Source: an uncultured Gammaproteobacteria bacterium | GTDB taxonomy: Bacteria; Pseudomonadota; Gammaproteobacteria; DRLM01 | Assembly: GCA_963729605.1 (NCBI GenBank) | Contig: CAVSNY010000002.1 | Span: 352,001 to 416,000, forward strand | Direction of reading: 5' to 3' | DNA length: 64,000 nucleotides | Shown: positions 10,019-20,330 of the stretch, in pieces | Layout of the letters: every line of letters begins with the position of its first letter | Numbering within the stretch: the first letter of the stretch is position 1 | The notes under the pieces: generated by a model | Databases searched by the model: none | What the model was told of the DNA's origin: nothing | What the model saw: only the letters and a program-made list of their open reading frames with translations | Program-made: the position numbers and the translations under genes

Positions 10019-11461
10019 ATGAGCGCACCCCTCGATTTCGCGTCCAATCTCATCCTCGCCCCCGCCGGCCTCGCGGAGCACGACCTCGAACGCGTGTTGC
10101 ACGACCTCATGAGTTATCAGGTCGACAGCGCGGATTTGTATTTTCAATCCAGCCGTCACGAATCCTGGTCGCTGGAAGACGGCATCGTCAAAAGCGGCAG
10201 CCACAGCATCGAACGCGGCGTCGGCGTGCGCGCGGTGAGCGGCGAGAAGACCGGCTTCGCCTACTCCGATGAAATCGTCTTGCCCGCGCTGACGCAGGCG
10301 GCGGGCGCCGCGCGCGCCATCGCCCGCGCGGGACAAGAGGGCAGGGTGCAGGCCTGGGCGCGCGGCGGCAGGCAGGCTTTGTACAAAGCGGTCGATCCCA
10401 TCGACACCTTGTCGTCGGCCGACAAGATCGCGCTGCTGCACGCGGTGGACGCCGAGGCGCGCCGCATCGATCCGCGCGTCAAGCAAGTGATGGTGAGCAT
10501 GGCCGCGGTGCACGACGTGGTGCTGGTCGCGGCCAGCGACGGCACCTTCGCCGCCGACGTGCGGCCCTTGGTCCGCTTGAACGTGAGCGTGGTGGCGGAA
10601 GACGGCGACCGCCGCGAGCAGGGCTCGTCCGGCGGCGGCGGCCGGGTCGGTTACGAGATGTTCCTCGATCAGGAACGCGGCCTCGGTTACGCGCGCGAAG
10701 CGGTGCGCCAGGCGCTGGTGAACCTGGAGGCGCGCAACGCGCCAGCCGGCACCATGACCGTGGTGCTCGGCCCCGGCTGGCCCGGCGTGTTGCTGCACGA
10801 GGCGGTGGGCCACGGTCTCGAAGGCGATTTCAACCGCAAGGGCAGTTCGGCGTTTTCCGGCCGGATCGGCGAACGCGTCGCGTCGCCGCTGTGCACCGTG
10901 GTCGATGACGGCACGCTCGCGAGCCGGCGCGGCTCGCTCAACATCGACGACGAGGGCACGCCGACCCAGTGCACCACGCTCATCGAAAAAGGCGTGTTGA
11001 AGGGTTATCTGCAAGACAAGATGAACGCGCGCCTGATGGGTGTGGCGCCCACCGGCAACGGCCGCCGCGAATCCTATTCGCACCTGCCGATGCCGCGCAT
11101 GACCAACACCTATATGCTGCCCGGCGACAGCGATCCCGCCGAGATCATCGCCTCGGTGGAGAAGGGCCTGTACGCCGTCAACTTCGGCGGCGGCCAAGTC
11201 GACATCACCTCGGGCAAGTTCGTGTTCTCGGCGAGCGAGGCCTACATGATCGAGAACGGCAAGATCACCTATCCGGTGAAAGGCGCGACCTTGGTCGGCA
11301 ACGGCCCCGACGTGCTGACCCGCGTCAGCCTGGTCGGCAACGATCTGCAACTCGACGCCGGCGTCGGCACCTGCGGCAAGGAAGGCCAAAGCGTGCCGGT
11401 GGGCGTGGGCCAGCCGACGCTGCGCATCGACGGTCTCACCGTCGGCGGCACCGGCGCGTAG
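10019..11461 (+). CDS. tldD: metalloprotease TldD
   Basis: [35 protein letters not shown]. Confidence 0.97.
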   Translation: MSAPLDFASNLILAPAGLAEHDLERVLHDLMSYQVDSADLYFQSSRHESWSLEDGIVKSGSHSIERGVGVRAVSGEKTGFAYSDEIVLPALTQAAGAARAIARAGQEGRVQAWARGGRQALYKAVDPIDTLSSADKIALLHAVDAEARRIDPRVKQVMVSMAAVHDVVLVAASDGTFAADVRPLVRLNVSVVAEDGDRREQGSSGGGGRVGYEMFLDQERGLGYAREAVRQALVNLEARNAPAGTMTVVLGPGWPGVLLHEAVGHGLEGDFNRKGSSAFSGRIGERVASPLCTVVDDGTLASRRGSLNIDDEGTPTQCTTLIEKGVLKGYLQDKMNARLMGVAPTGNGRRESYSHLPMPRMTNTYMLPGDSDPAEIIASVEKGLYAVNFGGGQVDITSGKFVFSASEAYMIENGKITYPVKGATLVGNGPDVLTRVSLVGNDLQLDAGVGTCGKEGQSVPVGVGQPTLRIDGLTVGGTGA

Positions 11462-11490
11462 AAAAACGTAAAGACGCTGCTAAATGTAAA

Positions 11491-11546
11491 AATGTAGGGT
11501 GGGTTAGCGCAGCGTAACCCACCAACTCGTCGCGCCGAAAGCGACT
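11491..11546 (+). repeat. GTAG-family REP (left copy)
   Basis: aatGTAGGGTGGGTTAGC-gca-GCGTAACCCACCAA hairpin preceded by GTAG; inverted partner at about 12986-13046. Confidence 0.85.
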
Positions 11547-11650
11547 GTGCTACTCTTTCCCAACCGCTCACTTCCGTGCAACCTGTTCCAGGTACAGCGG
11601 CCAGTTCGTATTCTCTCTCTGCTTCACAGGTCAGCCTAAGGAGGTTTCCG

Positions 11651-12169
11651 ATGCGCAACTCGATATATTGGTGTGGTGTCCTGCTGGGACTGGCCACTCT
11701 CAGCGGCGCGGCGCTGGCCGATCCGCACGGCGGCAAGGGCATGCACGGCGATAAAATGAAACCGGGCATGGGACACGGCATGATGATGGGCGGTCAGCGG
11801 GGAGGGGACGACCACTTCGTGCGCATCCACAGTATGCGCACGCTGGCCATGCTTGATCTCAACGACGACCAACGCAAAAAAGTGATGGAGCTGCGCCGCG
11901 AGTTGCGCAGGAACACCTGGGATTTGAAAGGGCAGACTATCGACCAGCGCGAGCAATTGGGCATGCTCTACGGTAGCGATGACTTGGATGTGGCGGCCAT
12001 CACTTCCGCTTATGAGAAATTGTTCGAGATGAAGCTCAAGATGATCGAGCACACGCTGAAGTTCAAACAGGACTTGCGCAAAGTGTTGACCCCCGAGCAG
12101 CAAAAGAAGCTGCGCGATATGATGACCCACGGCAGGATGGGTGGCGGCATGGAGATGGATGCGGATTGA
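11651..12169 (+). CDS. Spy/CpxP/ZraP-family periplasmic protein with His/Met-rich N-terminus
   Basis: RBS AAGGAGG, signal peptide, LDLNDDQ and LTPEQQ (LTxxQ) motifs. Confidence 0.8.
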   Translation: MRNSIYWCGVLLGLATLSGAALADPHGGKGMHGDKMKPGMGHGMMMGGQRGGDDHFVRIHSMRTLAMLDLNDDQRKKVMELRRELRRNTWDLKGQTIDQREQLGMLYGSDDLDVAAITSAYEKLFEMKLKMIEHTLKFKQDLRKVLTPEQQKKLRDMMTHGRMGGGMEMDAD

Positions 12170-12427
12170 CGGCGCATGGCCGCGCGGCGGTATAAGCGCC
12201 GCCTGTCTTAGTGTTGCGGCGTTCCGGCCCGCGGCAGGTCATGAGAAATTTCAGGCCGGCGAATCGTAAAAGATAAACAGACGTCTCTTTCGTTGGCGGA
12301 AAGACGCTCGCGGCATGTGACAAGTACGGCAATAAATAACAGCGGCATGCTTCACGAGTAACGACGTGACTTCGCCGCTGTCCATTCGGTGCGATAACCC
12401 TCAACTCGAGCTAAAGGAGACCGTGAA

Positions 12428-12958
12428 ATGAACCAAGCGTCATGCAGATGGAAAAAAGCGTTGATCGGCGCTGTGCCGGCCATGGGTTTGCTCATGATCG
12501 GTACCGCCAGTATGGCGGCGGACCCCAAAGGCAAGTTGCCGCAGACGGCGTATCTGCCGCAGGAAATGGCCTTGCAGGCCGCGACCACCGCCTTGGAGCA
12601 ATGTCGCGCCGACGGATATAACGTGAGTGTCGCGGTAGTGGATCGCGCGGGGGTGTTGCTCGCGCTGGTCCGCGATCCCGCCGCGGGTCCTCACACCATC
12701 GGCAGCAGCCAGGGCAAGGCCTTCACCTCGGCGAGCACCGGCCAGATCACCGCCAACATGGCGCAGGCCATCAGCGAAAATCCGGTCTTGTCCGGACTGC
12801 GCGACATGGACGCGCGGATGGTGGTGCTGGGGGGCGGCTTGCCGATCATCATCGAAGGCCAGCGCCTGGGCGGCATCGGCGTGGGCGGCGCCCCCGGCGG
12901 TCATCTGGATGCGGTGTGCGCGCTGGCCGGGCTTAAAAAGATCGGGGCGCAGATCTGA
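12428..12958 (+). CDS. GlcG/HbpS-family heme-binding protein (DUF336), exported
   Basis: VSVAVVDRAG, KAFTSAS, GGGLPI, GGIGVGGAPGG; signal peptide. Confidence 0.9.
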   Translation: MNQASCRWKKALIGAVPAMGLLMIGTASMAADPKGKLPQTAYLPQEMALQAATTALEQCRADGYNVSVAVVDRAGVLLALVRDPAAGPHTIGSSQGKAFTSASTGQITANMAQAISENPVLSGLRDMDARMVVLGGGLPIIIEGQRLGGIGVGGAPGGHLDAVCALAGLKKIGAQI

Positions 12959-12985
12959 GGGGATGCGCGCGGAAATATTGAAGAT

Positions 12986-13046
12986 GAGTCGCTGCGCGAC
13001 GGATTGGTGGGTTACGCCGTTGCACGGCTAACCCACCCTACATTTA
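12986..13046 (-). repeat. GTAG-family REP (right copy, inverted relative to 11491)
   Basis: Reverse complement reads taaatGTAGGGTGGGTTAGC-cgtgcaacg-GCGTAACCCACCAA-tccgtcgcgcagcgact. Confidence 0.85.
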
Positions 13047-13073
13047 TTAGATCCACGGGTTTTCATAGTATAT

Positions 13074-13143
13074 GTAGGACGCGGTGAACGTAGCGCGCCG
13101 CATCGATCGCGAACGATGCGGCGCGTTCCTCACCGCATCCTGC
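13074..13143. repeat. second REP family, inverted doublet (REPIN-like)
   Basis: GTAGGACGCGGTGAACG..CGCCGCATCG followed by CGATGCGGCGCGTTCCTCACCGCATCCTGC. Confidence 0.75.
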
Positions 13144-13152
13144 CGCGGTGCT

Positions 13153-13695
13153 TCAATTATCCTCGTTCGGTTCATCATCGCCCGTGTTATCCATCAATTT
13201 CCGCAATTCGCGAAACAGCGCCCGCGCCGCGGCGGGGGCGAGTTCCGCATCGCGTTCCTTGCGCGCCTTGACGACCAGTTGGCGCAGATGCTGGCGGTCG
13301 GCGTGGGGATAGTCATTTATTAATTCGGCGAGCGCGGCGTCACCTTCGTCGAGCAGACGGTTGCGCCAGGCTTCGAGCCGATGCAGGTGCGCGGTGGTCG
13401 CGCGGTCTTTGCCTTCGAGGGCGTTGATCGCGGTTTGGATGGGCGCGGTGTCGATGTCGCGCATGAGTTTGCCGATGTATTGCAACTGCCGTCGCCGGCC
13501 GCCGTGGGCGGTGATGGCGCGGCAGGCGGCGAGGGCTTCGCGCAGCTTTTCCGGCAGGTCCAGTTTGGCCATGAGGGTCTTGAAGCGGGTGGCGGGCATG
13601 TCGACCAGGGCCAGCCCTAAGTCCTGGGCCGCGGTGGCCTCGCGTTTGAGCTGGGATTTGCTTTTGGGTTCGGGTGCGTCGTCGTAGGTTTCCAT
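13153..13695 (-). CDS. yjgA: ribosome biogenesis factor YjgA/DarP (DUF615)
   Basis: KSKSQLKRE, RRRQLQYIGKLMR, LEAWRNRL, DRQHLRQL; divergent from pmbA. Confidence 0.94.
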   Translation of the reverse strand: METYDDAPEPKSKSQLKREATAAQDLGLALVDMPATRFKTLMAKLDLPEKLREALAACRAITAHGGRRRQLQYIGKLMRDIDTAPIQTAINALEGKDRATTAHLHRLEAWRNRLLDEGDAALAELINDYPHADRQHLRQLVVKARKERDAELAPAAARALFRELRKLMDNTGDDEPNEDN

Positions 13696-13876
13696 GGGAC
13701 GGGATGGTAGTGGAGTGCGGTGCAAGTTTCAAAGCCTGGATCGGCTATTATCACCAGAGACTCGCCGTATCGCGCGAAGAGTCCGGCGCCGCGCGACGGG
13801 TTTCAGCGGCGACGGCTTCGGTTACACTAACCGCACTTGACGCCCGCGCGTCACACACTATCGAATCAAACACGGG

Positions 13877-15223
13877 ATGAACGAGATGGGCAAACAGCCG
13901 GTGCCAAATCATCAGGAACTCAAGGCCGTGGTGGCCGCCATTCTCGACCAGGCCCAGCGCCAGGGCGCTTCGGCCGCCGAGGCGGGGGTGAGCGCGGAGG
14001 ATGGCCTGTCGGTGACGGTGCGTCTCGGCGAGGTGGAGACCGTCGAGCACAACCGCGACAAGGGGCTGGGCGTGACCGTGTATTTCGGCCGGCGCAAGGG
14101 TTCGGCCAGCACGTCCGATTATTCGGCGCGGGCCATCGAGGAGACCGTGCGCGCCGCCTGCGACATCGCCAAATACACCGCCGCCGATGAATACGCCGGC
14201 CTGGCCGACGCGGCGCTGATGGCGAAGAGTATCCCCGATCTCGATTTGTACCATGGCTGGGATGTGTCCGCGGAGCGCGCCATCGAGCTGGCGCGGGAGT
14301 GCGAGGCGGCGGCGCTGGCGGTGGACAAACGCCTCACCAATTCCGAGGGCGCGACGGTGTCCAGCCACAGCGGTTACCGCGTCTACGGCAACAGCCACGG
14401 CTTCGTCGGCGCCTATCCCAGCTCGCGGCACAGCGTGAGTTGCGCGGTGATCGCCGAGGACGGTCACGGCATGCAGCGCGATTATTGGTACACCGCGGCG
14501 CGCGACAGCCAGGATTTGGAGAACGCGCATAAGGTGGGCGTCCGCGCCGGCGAGCGCACCGTGCGCCGTCTCGGCGGCCAGCGTCTGTCCACCCGCCAGG
14601 CGCCGGTGATGTTCGCGCCGGAGATGGCGGCGGGGTTGTTTTCGCAATTCATCCGCGCGATCCGCGGCGAGAGCCTGTATCGCAAATCGTCGTTTCTGCT
14701 GGACAGCCTGGGCCAAGCGGTATTTCCCGCCTTCATGCGCATCCACGAGCAGCCCCATTTGAAGAAGGCCTTGGGCAGTGCGCCGTTCGACAGCGAAGGC
14801 GTGGCGACCCGCGCCCGCGATATCGTGAGCGCGGGCGTGGTGCAGGGTTATGTGCTGGACAGTTACGCCGCGCGCAAACTGGGCATGCAGACGACCGCCA
14901 ACGCCGGCGGGGTGCACAACCTCACCGTCGAACCGGGCGGCGACGATTTCGCCGCGCTGCTGCGGCGGATGGACAGCGGCCTGCTGGTCACCGAAATGAT
15001 GGGCATGGGCGTGAACATGGTCACCGGCGATTATTCGCGGGGCGCCGCCGGTTTCTGGGTGGAACGCGGCGAGATCCAATATCCGGTGGAAGAGATCACC
15101 GTCGCCGGCAATCTGCGCGAGATGTTCCGGTGCATCGTCGCGGTGGCCAATGACGTGGACCTGCGCAGCAATGTCCGCACCGGCTCGCTGTTGATCGAGA
15201 ATATGACCATCGGTGGGACGTGA
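13877..15223 (+). CDS. pmbA: metalloprotease PmbA/TldE
   Basis: VRLGEVETVEHNRDK, FDSEG, TGDYSRGAAGFW, EITVAGNL. Confidence 0.96.
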   Translation: MNEMGKQPVPNHQELKAVVAAILDQAQRQGASAAEAGVSAEDGLSVTVRLGEVETVEHNRDKGLGVTVYFGRRKGSASTSDYSARAIEETVRAACDIAKYTAADEYAGLADAALMAKSIPDLDLYHGWDVSAERAIELARECEAAALAVDKRLTNSEGATVSSHSGYRVYGNSHGFVGAYPSSRHSVSCAVIAEDGHGMQRDYWYTAARDSQDLENAHKVGVRAGERTVRRLGGQRLSTRQAPVMFAPEMAAGLFSQFIRAIRGESLYRKSSFLLDSLGQAVFPAFMRIHEQPHLKKALGSAPFDSEGVATRARDIVSAGVVQGYVLDSYAARKLGMQTTANAGGVHNLTVEPGGDDFAALLRRMDSGLLVTEMMGMGVNMVTGDYSRGAAGFWVERGEIQYPVEEITVAGNLREMFRCIVAVANDVDLRSNVRTGSLLIENMTIGGT

Positions 15224-15296
15224 CGGCGCGCGTCGTCACGTCACCGCGCGCGCGGCGCATGACGGCCGCGGCGTGGCACATGCACGGGGAGAGGCG

Positions 15297-15518
15297 ATGA
15301 GCAAGTTGAAATTGGCGTTGAGCGTGGTGTTGATCGGCTTGGTGATGCTGTTCACCTTGCAGAACACCGCGGTGGTCGAGGTGCGTTTCCTGTTGTGGAC
15401 GCTGTCGATGTCGCTGGTGTTGCTGATTTTCGGTCTGCTGGTGATCGGTGTCTTGCTGGGATGGTTGCTCGCCACGCTGGGACGCCGTTCGGATTCGCCG
15501 CCCAGGCCTTACTCTTGA
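15297..15518 (+). CDS. LapA/DUF1049-family small membrane protein
   Basis: RBS GGAGAGG; FTLQNTAVVEVRFLLW between two TM helices. Confidence 0.8.
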   Translation: MSKLKLALSVVLIGLVMLFTLQNTAVVEVRFLLWTLSMSLVLLIFGLLVIGVLLGWLLATLGRRSDSPPRPYS

Positions 15519-15630
15519 GATAAATATCCGGGAAGCGCGGTACGCCAAGTCGGCCCTGCTTTTCTCCCTGATTTTCTTGGCGCTTGGCGCCTGGTTTGTT
15601 TCGCGCCTTCCCACTGCGACGAGAGCATGC

Positions 15631-16701
15631 TTAAAACCACCCCCGCCGTTTGAAGAACACCAGCATGCCGGCGATCATCGCGAAGATCACCAGCCATACC
15701 AGCGGATAGCCGTAATGACTGTGCAGTTCGGGCATCGCCCACGGGCTGTCGGGGTTGGAGAAGTTCATGCCGTAGACGCCCACTAAAAACGTCGGCGGGA
15801 TGAAGAGGGTGGTGATGACGGTGAGTACCCGCATGATCTCGTTGAGCCGCTGGCTGCTGCTGGAAAGATAGACGTCGAGCATATTGGCGGTCATGTCGCG
15901 ATAGGTCTCGAACAGGTCCATGATCTGGATGGTGTGGTCGTAACAATCGCGGAGATAGGGCTTGGTCTCTTCCTGAATCAGGGCCTGGTCTTCGCGCAGC
16001 AGTTGGCTGAGCACCTCGCGCTGCGGCCATAACAGCCGCCGCAGCAGGAGCAGATCGCGTTTGAGTTGATGGATCTCGCCGAGGATGTATTTGGACGGCG
16101 CGTCGAGCAGCTGGTTTTCCAATGCCTCGATTTCTTCGCCAAAGGCCTCCAGGATAGGAAAGCCTTGATCGATGATCAGATCGAGCAGCGTATACAACAG
16201 ATAATCCACGCCCCGCGCGCGCATGCGTTCGTCGGCGCGCAGCCGTTTGCGCACCAGCTCGAAGATGTCGTCATCGCCGTTGTAAAAACTGATGAGGTAG
16301 TTCTTGCCCAAGAACAGGCTGACCTGTTCGCTGGTCAGCTGGTCGTCGCGCCACGCCGGCAGGCTCATCACGATGAAAAGCTGATGGTCATGGGCTTCGA
16401 CCTTGGGACGCTGGCCGGTGTTGAGCACGTCTTCCAAGGTCAGCGGATGCAGGCCGAAGGTCTCGCCCAACTCGCGCATCAGCGCCGGCCCGGCCCGGCC
16501 GTGGGCGTGAATCCAGGTGAACATATCGTCGGCCAGCGAGGATTTGCATTGGACGGGGCTGACCCCGTCTTGCTCGCTCAAGCCGGCGGCGGAATAATCG
16601 ATCAACCGCAGGCGCAGCGGATGGTCCGCCGTCGCGGCGTGTTCCACCAGGGTGCCGGGCGGGGTGCCGGGCGGATGGTAACGTTTGGTGAAATAAGCCA
16701 T
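15631..16701 (-). CDS. corA: magnesium/cobalt transporter CorA
   Basis: LHPLTLEDV, QRPKVE, YLRDCYDH, GVYGMNF, MPEL. Confidence 0.96.
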   Translation of the reverse strand: MAYFTKRYHPPGTPPGTLVEHAATADHPLRLRLIDYSAAGLSEQDGVSPVQCKSSLADDMFTWIHAHGRAGPALMRELGETFGLHPLTLEDVLNTGQRPKVEAHDHQLFIVMSLPAWRDDQLTSEQVSLFLGKNYLISFYNGDDDIFELVRKRLRADERMRARGVDYLLYTLLDLIIDQGFPILEAFGEEIEALENQLLDAPSKYILGEIHQLKRDLLLLRRLLWPQREVLSQLLREDQALIQEETKPYLRDCYDHTIQIMDLFETYRDMTANMLDVYLSSSSQRLNEIMRVLTVITTLFIPPTFLVGVYGMNFSNPDSPWAMPELHSHYGYPLVWLVIFAMIAGMLVFFKRRGWF

Positions 16702-16890
16702 GGGACCTCCGGGAAGGCGCAGTGTAATGATGTCAATCGATTGTCGCACATCATGTTTCATGAACCTACGCCGGCCAATGGGCGTAGCCTCGGCGTAGCG
16801 CGTCGGGTATCATCCGGGTTATCCTTTGCGCCGGGGTCGCGCGCCCATATGAGCGCGCGAAGCCTGGCTCATCAACGATTGCAATTCATC

Positions 16891-17709
16891 ATGTCGCAAG
16901 GTCGCGAGAATCAATCCCTGATCGAAATTCGAGGTCTGCGTTTCAGCCGCGGGACCCGCGTGATCTTTGACGGCGTGGATATGGATATCCCGCGCGGCAA
17001 GGTGACCGCCATCATGGGCCCCAGCGGCACCGGCAAGACCACGCTGCTGCGGATGATCGGCGGGCAATTGCGGCCGCGGGCCGGCCGGATCACGGTGGAA
17101 GGTCAGGACGTCCACGCCTTGCGCCGCGGCGAACTGTACGCCTTGCGCAAGCGCATGGGGATGTTGTTCCAGACCGGCGCCCTGCTCACCGATCTCAACG
17201 TCTACGACAATGTGGCCTTTCCCTTGCGCGAGCATACCGAGCTGCCGGAGACCATGATCCGCGACCTGGTATTGATGAAGCTGGAAGCCGTGGGACTGCG
17301 CGGCGCGCGCGACATGATGCCCAGCGAGTTGTCCGGCGGCATGGGGCGGCGGGTGGCCCTGGCGCGGGCCATCGCGCTGGATCCGATGATGATTATGTAT
17401 GATGAGCCCTTCACCGGCTTGGACCCGATTTCCAAGGGCGCGGTGGTGGAATTGATCAGCAGGATCAATGCCGCGTTGGGGGTGACCAGCATCGTCGTCT
17501 CGCACGACGTGCGGGAAACCGCCGCGATCTCCGACTATATTTATGTGCTGTCCGACGGCAAGGTGGTGGGCCAGGGCGCGCCCAAGGAACTGATGGAGAG
17601 CGATTCACCGTGGGTGCGGCAATTCATGCAGGGTCTGCCCGACGGCCCCGTGCCCTTTCATTATCCGGCCTCCGATTACGCCGCCGACCTGTTGGCGGGA
17701 CAAGGCTGA
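16891..17709 (+). CDS. mlaF: Mla ABC transporter ATPase
   Basis: [24 protein letters not shown]-terminal [10 protein letters not shown]. Confidence 0.95.
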   Translation: MSQGRENQSLIEIRGLRFSRGTRVIFDGVDMDIPRGKVTAIMGPSGTGKTTLLRMIGGQLRPRAGRITVEGQDVHALRRGELYALRKRMGMLFQTGALLTDLNVYDNVAFPLREHTELPETMIRDLVLMKLEAVGLRGARDMMPSELSGGMGRRVALARAIALDPMMIMYDEPFTGLDPISKGAVVELISRINAALGVTSIVVSHDVRETAAISDYIYVLSDGKVVGQGAPKELMESDSPWVRQFMQGLPDGPVPFHYPASDYAADLLAGQG

Positions 17710-18488
17710 TGTCGGCGTGGTTGGCGCGTTTGGGTCGGGCGGGTCTGTCGTTCTTCGAACGTTTGGGACGGGGCCATCTTTTTCTGTTGCAGGTGCTGGC
17801 GGGCGTGCCGGGTTTGTTGTTGCGGCCGCGCCTGGTGATTCAGCAGATCTACTCGGTGGGCGTGTTGTCGCTGGTCATCATCGTGGTGTCCGGCCTGTTC
17901 GTCGGCATGGTGCTCGGTTTGCAGGGGTACAATACCCTCGCCGATTTCGGCGCCGCCGAATCCCTGGGGGTGCTGGTGGCCCTGTCCCTGGTGCGCGAAT
18001 TGGGGCCGGTGGTCACCGCGCTGCTGTTCGGCGGTCGGGCCGGTTCGGCGCTTACCGCCGAGATCGGGCTGATGAAGGCCACCGATCAACTCTCCGGCAT
18101 GGAGATGATGGCGGTGGATCCGCTGCGACGGGTGATCGCGCCGCGTTTCGTGGCGGGTTTCATCGCGATGCCCCTGCTGGCGGCGATCTTCAGCGCGGTC
18201 GGGGTGATCGGCGGTTACTTCGTCGGCGTCGGTCTGCTGGGGGTGGACGCGGGCGCGTTTTGGTCGCAGATGCAGGCGCGGGTGGATTTGTACGACGACG
18301 TGATGAACGGCGTAATCAAGAGCCTGGCCTTCGGTTTCGTCGCGACCTGGATCGCCGTGTACGAAGGATATGACGCCACGCCCACCGCCGAGGGCGTGAG
18401 CCGCGCCACCACCCGTACCGTGGTGCATACCGCCCTGGCGGTGCTGGGATTGGATTTCGTGTTGACCGCCTTAATGTTCGGTGAATAA
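17709..18488 (+). CDS. mlaE: Mla ABC transporter permease
   Basis: [34 protein letters not shown]. Confidence 0.96.
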   Translation: MSAWLARLGRAGLSFFERLGRGHLFLLQVLAGVPGLLLRPRLVIQQIYSVGVLSLVIIVVSGLFVGMVLGLQGYNTLADFGAAESLGVLVALSLVRELGPVVTALLFGGRAGSALTAEIGLMKATDQLSGMEMMAVDPLRRVIAPRFVAGFIAMPLLAAIFSAVGVIGGYFVGVGLLGVDAGAFWSQMQARVDLYDDVMNGVIKSLAFGFVATWIAVYEGYDATPTAEGVSRATTRTVVHTALAVLGLDFVLTALMFGE

Positions 18489-18492
18489 GCCT

Positions 18493-18963
18493 ATGAAACA
18501 ATCGACGACGCTGGAGATCATGGTGGGGGTGTTCGTGGCCTTGGGGTTCGCGGCGCTGTTCATGCTCGCCATGAAGGTCAGCAATATCAGCGCGCTCAAT
18601 AACGAAGACGGTTATCAGGTGAAGGTGTACTTCGAAAACGTCGGCGGTTTGAAGGTGCGTTCGCCGGTGACGGTGGCCGGGGTGCGGGTCGGCCGGGTCG
18701 AGCGCATCGAATTCGACGAAAAGCTGCTCGAGGCGCGGGTGACCCTGAAAATCAAACGCGACATCCGCCTGCCCTCCGACAGCAGCGCCGGCATTTTCAC
18801 CGCCGGTCTGCTCGGTGAGCAATACGTGGGTTTGGAGCCGGGCGGCGCGGACACTGATTTACAAGAAGGCGATGTCATCGCCCTCAGCCAGTCGGCCCTG
18901 GTTCTGGAGCAGATCATCGGCCGGGTCTTGTTCAGCAAGGCCGCCGAAGGAGACGCGCAATGA
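18493..18963 (+). CDS. mlaD: MCE-domain protein MlaD (short, single MCE domain)
   Basis: EIMVGVFV, GGLKVRSPVTVAGVRVGRV, TAGLLGEQY. Confidence 0.95.
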   Translation: MKQSTTLEIMVGVFVALGFAALFMLAMKVSNISALNNEDGYQVKVYFENVGGLKVRSPVTVAGVRVGRVERIEFDEKLLEARVTLKIKRDIRLPSDSSAGIFTAGLLGEQYVGLEPGGADTDLQEGDVIALSQSALVLEQIIGRVLFSKAAEGDAQ

Positions 18964-20330
18964 GACGGGGCGTCTTGCCGCTGTTGGTGACGGCGGTGTT
19001 GTGCGTCCAGGCATGGCTGTCGCCGGCGCGGGCGGAAACAGTGGATCTCGAACAGGCCGTGGAGCGGGCGCTCAAGCACGATCCGCGCATCGAGGAGATG
19101 CGGCAGTTGGTCGAAGTCGCGCGCAGCATGGTCTCCGAGGCGGAGGGCCACGGCGGCTGGATCGTGGACGGCAATCTGTTTTTGGGGGTGGCGCCGCAGG
19201 TGGAAGGCGGGTTTTTTGAAAACGGCGGCTGCGCGCCCGGTAATTGCGTGGTGCGTTCCGATCGTTACGATATCGACGGTTTCGCGCCGTGGACGTCGCT
19301 TAAATTGTCCCTCATCAAGCCACTCTATACGTTCGGCAAGATCGAAAATTTTGCGGACGCGGCCCGCGCCAATGTCGAAGTGAAACGCGGCGACGTGGAT
19401 CTGCAACGCGGCGCCACGGTGCTGGATGTGAAACGGGCTTATTACGGTCATCTCGCCGCCCGCGATACCCGTCTGTTGCTGGAAGAGGCCCGCGTCCGGA
19501 TCGACGGCGCGGTCTCGCTGGCGCAGGAGTGGCTGGACGAGGGCGATCATGACATCCGTCAGGCCGATCTCTTCGCCTTGCAATCCGGGTCGGCGGTGAT
19601 CGGCAAATACATCGCCCAGGCCACGGCCTTGGAGAACATCGCCATCGATGGGTTGAAGGTATTGACCGGGGCCGGCCTGTCCGCCGAGTTGGATGTAGCG
19701 GACAAGGCCTTGCAACCGGTCGCCTTGCCGGAGCTGAATCTCGAGGAATTGCAGCGGCAGGCCCTCGCCAACCGGCCGGAAATGGCGCAGGTGGAGGCCG
19801 GTTTGCGGGCGCGGCGGGCCTTGGTGGCGGCCAACAAGGCCGGCGCCAAACCCAACGTCTATGCCGGCGCGGTGGGGATATTGGCGTATACGCCCAAGCG
19901 CGATCGCCTCGATAACCCCTATGTCACCGATCCGTTTAACGATATGGGTCTGAGCCCGGTAGTGGGGATCAAATGGGATTGGAGCGGGGGGGTGCAGTCG
20001 GCCCGGGTGATGCGCGCCGAGGCCGAACTCAACGCCTTGATCGCCAAATCGGCCTTCGCCCGGGAAGGTATTCCGTTTCAAGTGGTCGAACAATATCACC
20101 AGGTGGGTGCCCATCATGAAGCGGTGACGAGCCTGGCCGAGGCCAGCCGCGCCGCACGGCGCTGGATGATCGCCAGTTTCGCCGATTTCGAGGCCGGCGT
20201 GGATAAAGGCGACAAGGTGGTGGATGCGCTGCAAGCGTATGTGCTGGCGCATACCGACTATCTGCGTACCGTCTTCGACTACAATATGCATGTGGCGCGG
20301 TTACTCAATGTCACGGGAGCAAGTCAATGA
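18960..20330 (+). CDS. TolC/OEP-family outer membrane protein inside the mla operon
   Basis: Signal peptide; two OEP-like repeats (LEQAVERAL..P / LQRQALANRPE; PLYTFGK / GIKWDW; VKRAYY / YNMHVARL); ATGA overlaps with mlaD and mlaC. Confidence 0.85.
   Translation: MRRGVLPLLVTAVLCVQAWLSPARAETVDLEQAVERALKHDPRIEEMRQLVEVARSMVSEAEGHGGWIVDGNLFLGVAPQVEGGFFENGGCAPGNCVVRSDRYDIDGFAPWTSLKLSLIKPLYTFGKIENFADAARANVEVKRGDVDLQRGATVLDVKRAYYGHLAARDTRLLLEEARVRIDGAVSLAQEWLDEGDHDIRQADLFALQSGSAVIGKYIAQATALENIAIDGLKVLTGAGLSAELDVADKALQPVALPELNLEELQRQALANRPEMAQVEAGLRARRALVAANKAGAKPNVYAGAVGILAYTPKRDRLDNPYVTDPFNDMGLSPVVGIKWDWSGGVQSARVMRAEAELNALIAKSAFAREGIPFQVVEQYHQVGAHHEAVTSLAEASRAARRWMIASFADFEAGVDKGDKVVDALQAYVLAHTDYLRTVFDYNMHVARLLNVTGASQ

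Noticed and set aside
16066-17709. 547-aa ORF suggesting an N-terminally extended MlaF fusion
   Set aside because: The extension is the antisense shadow of corA; the ATPase begins near 16891.
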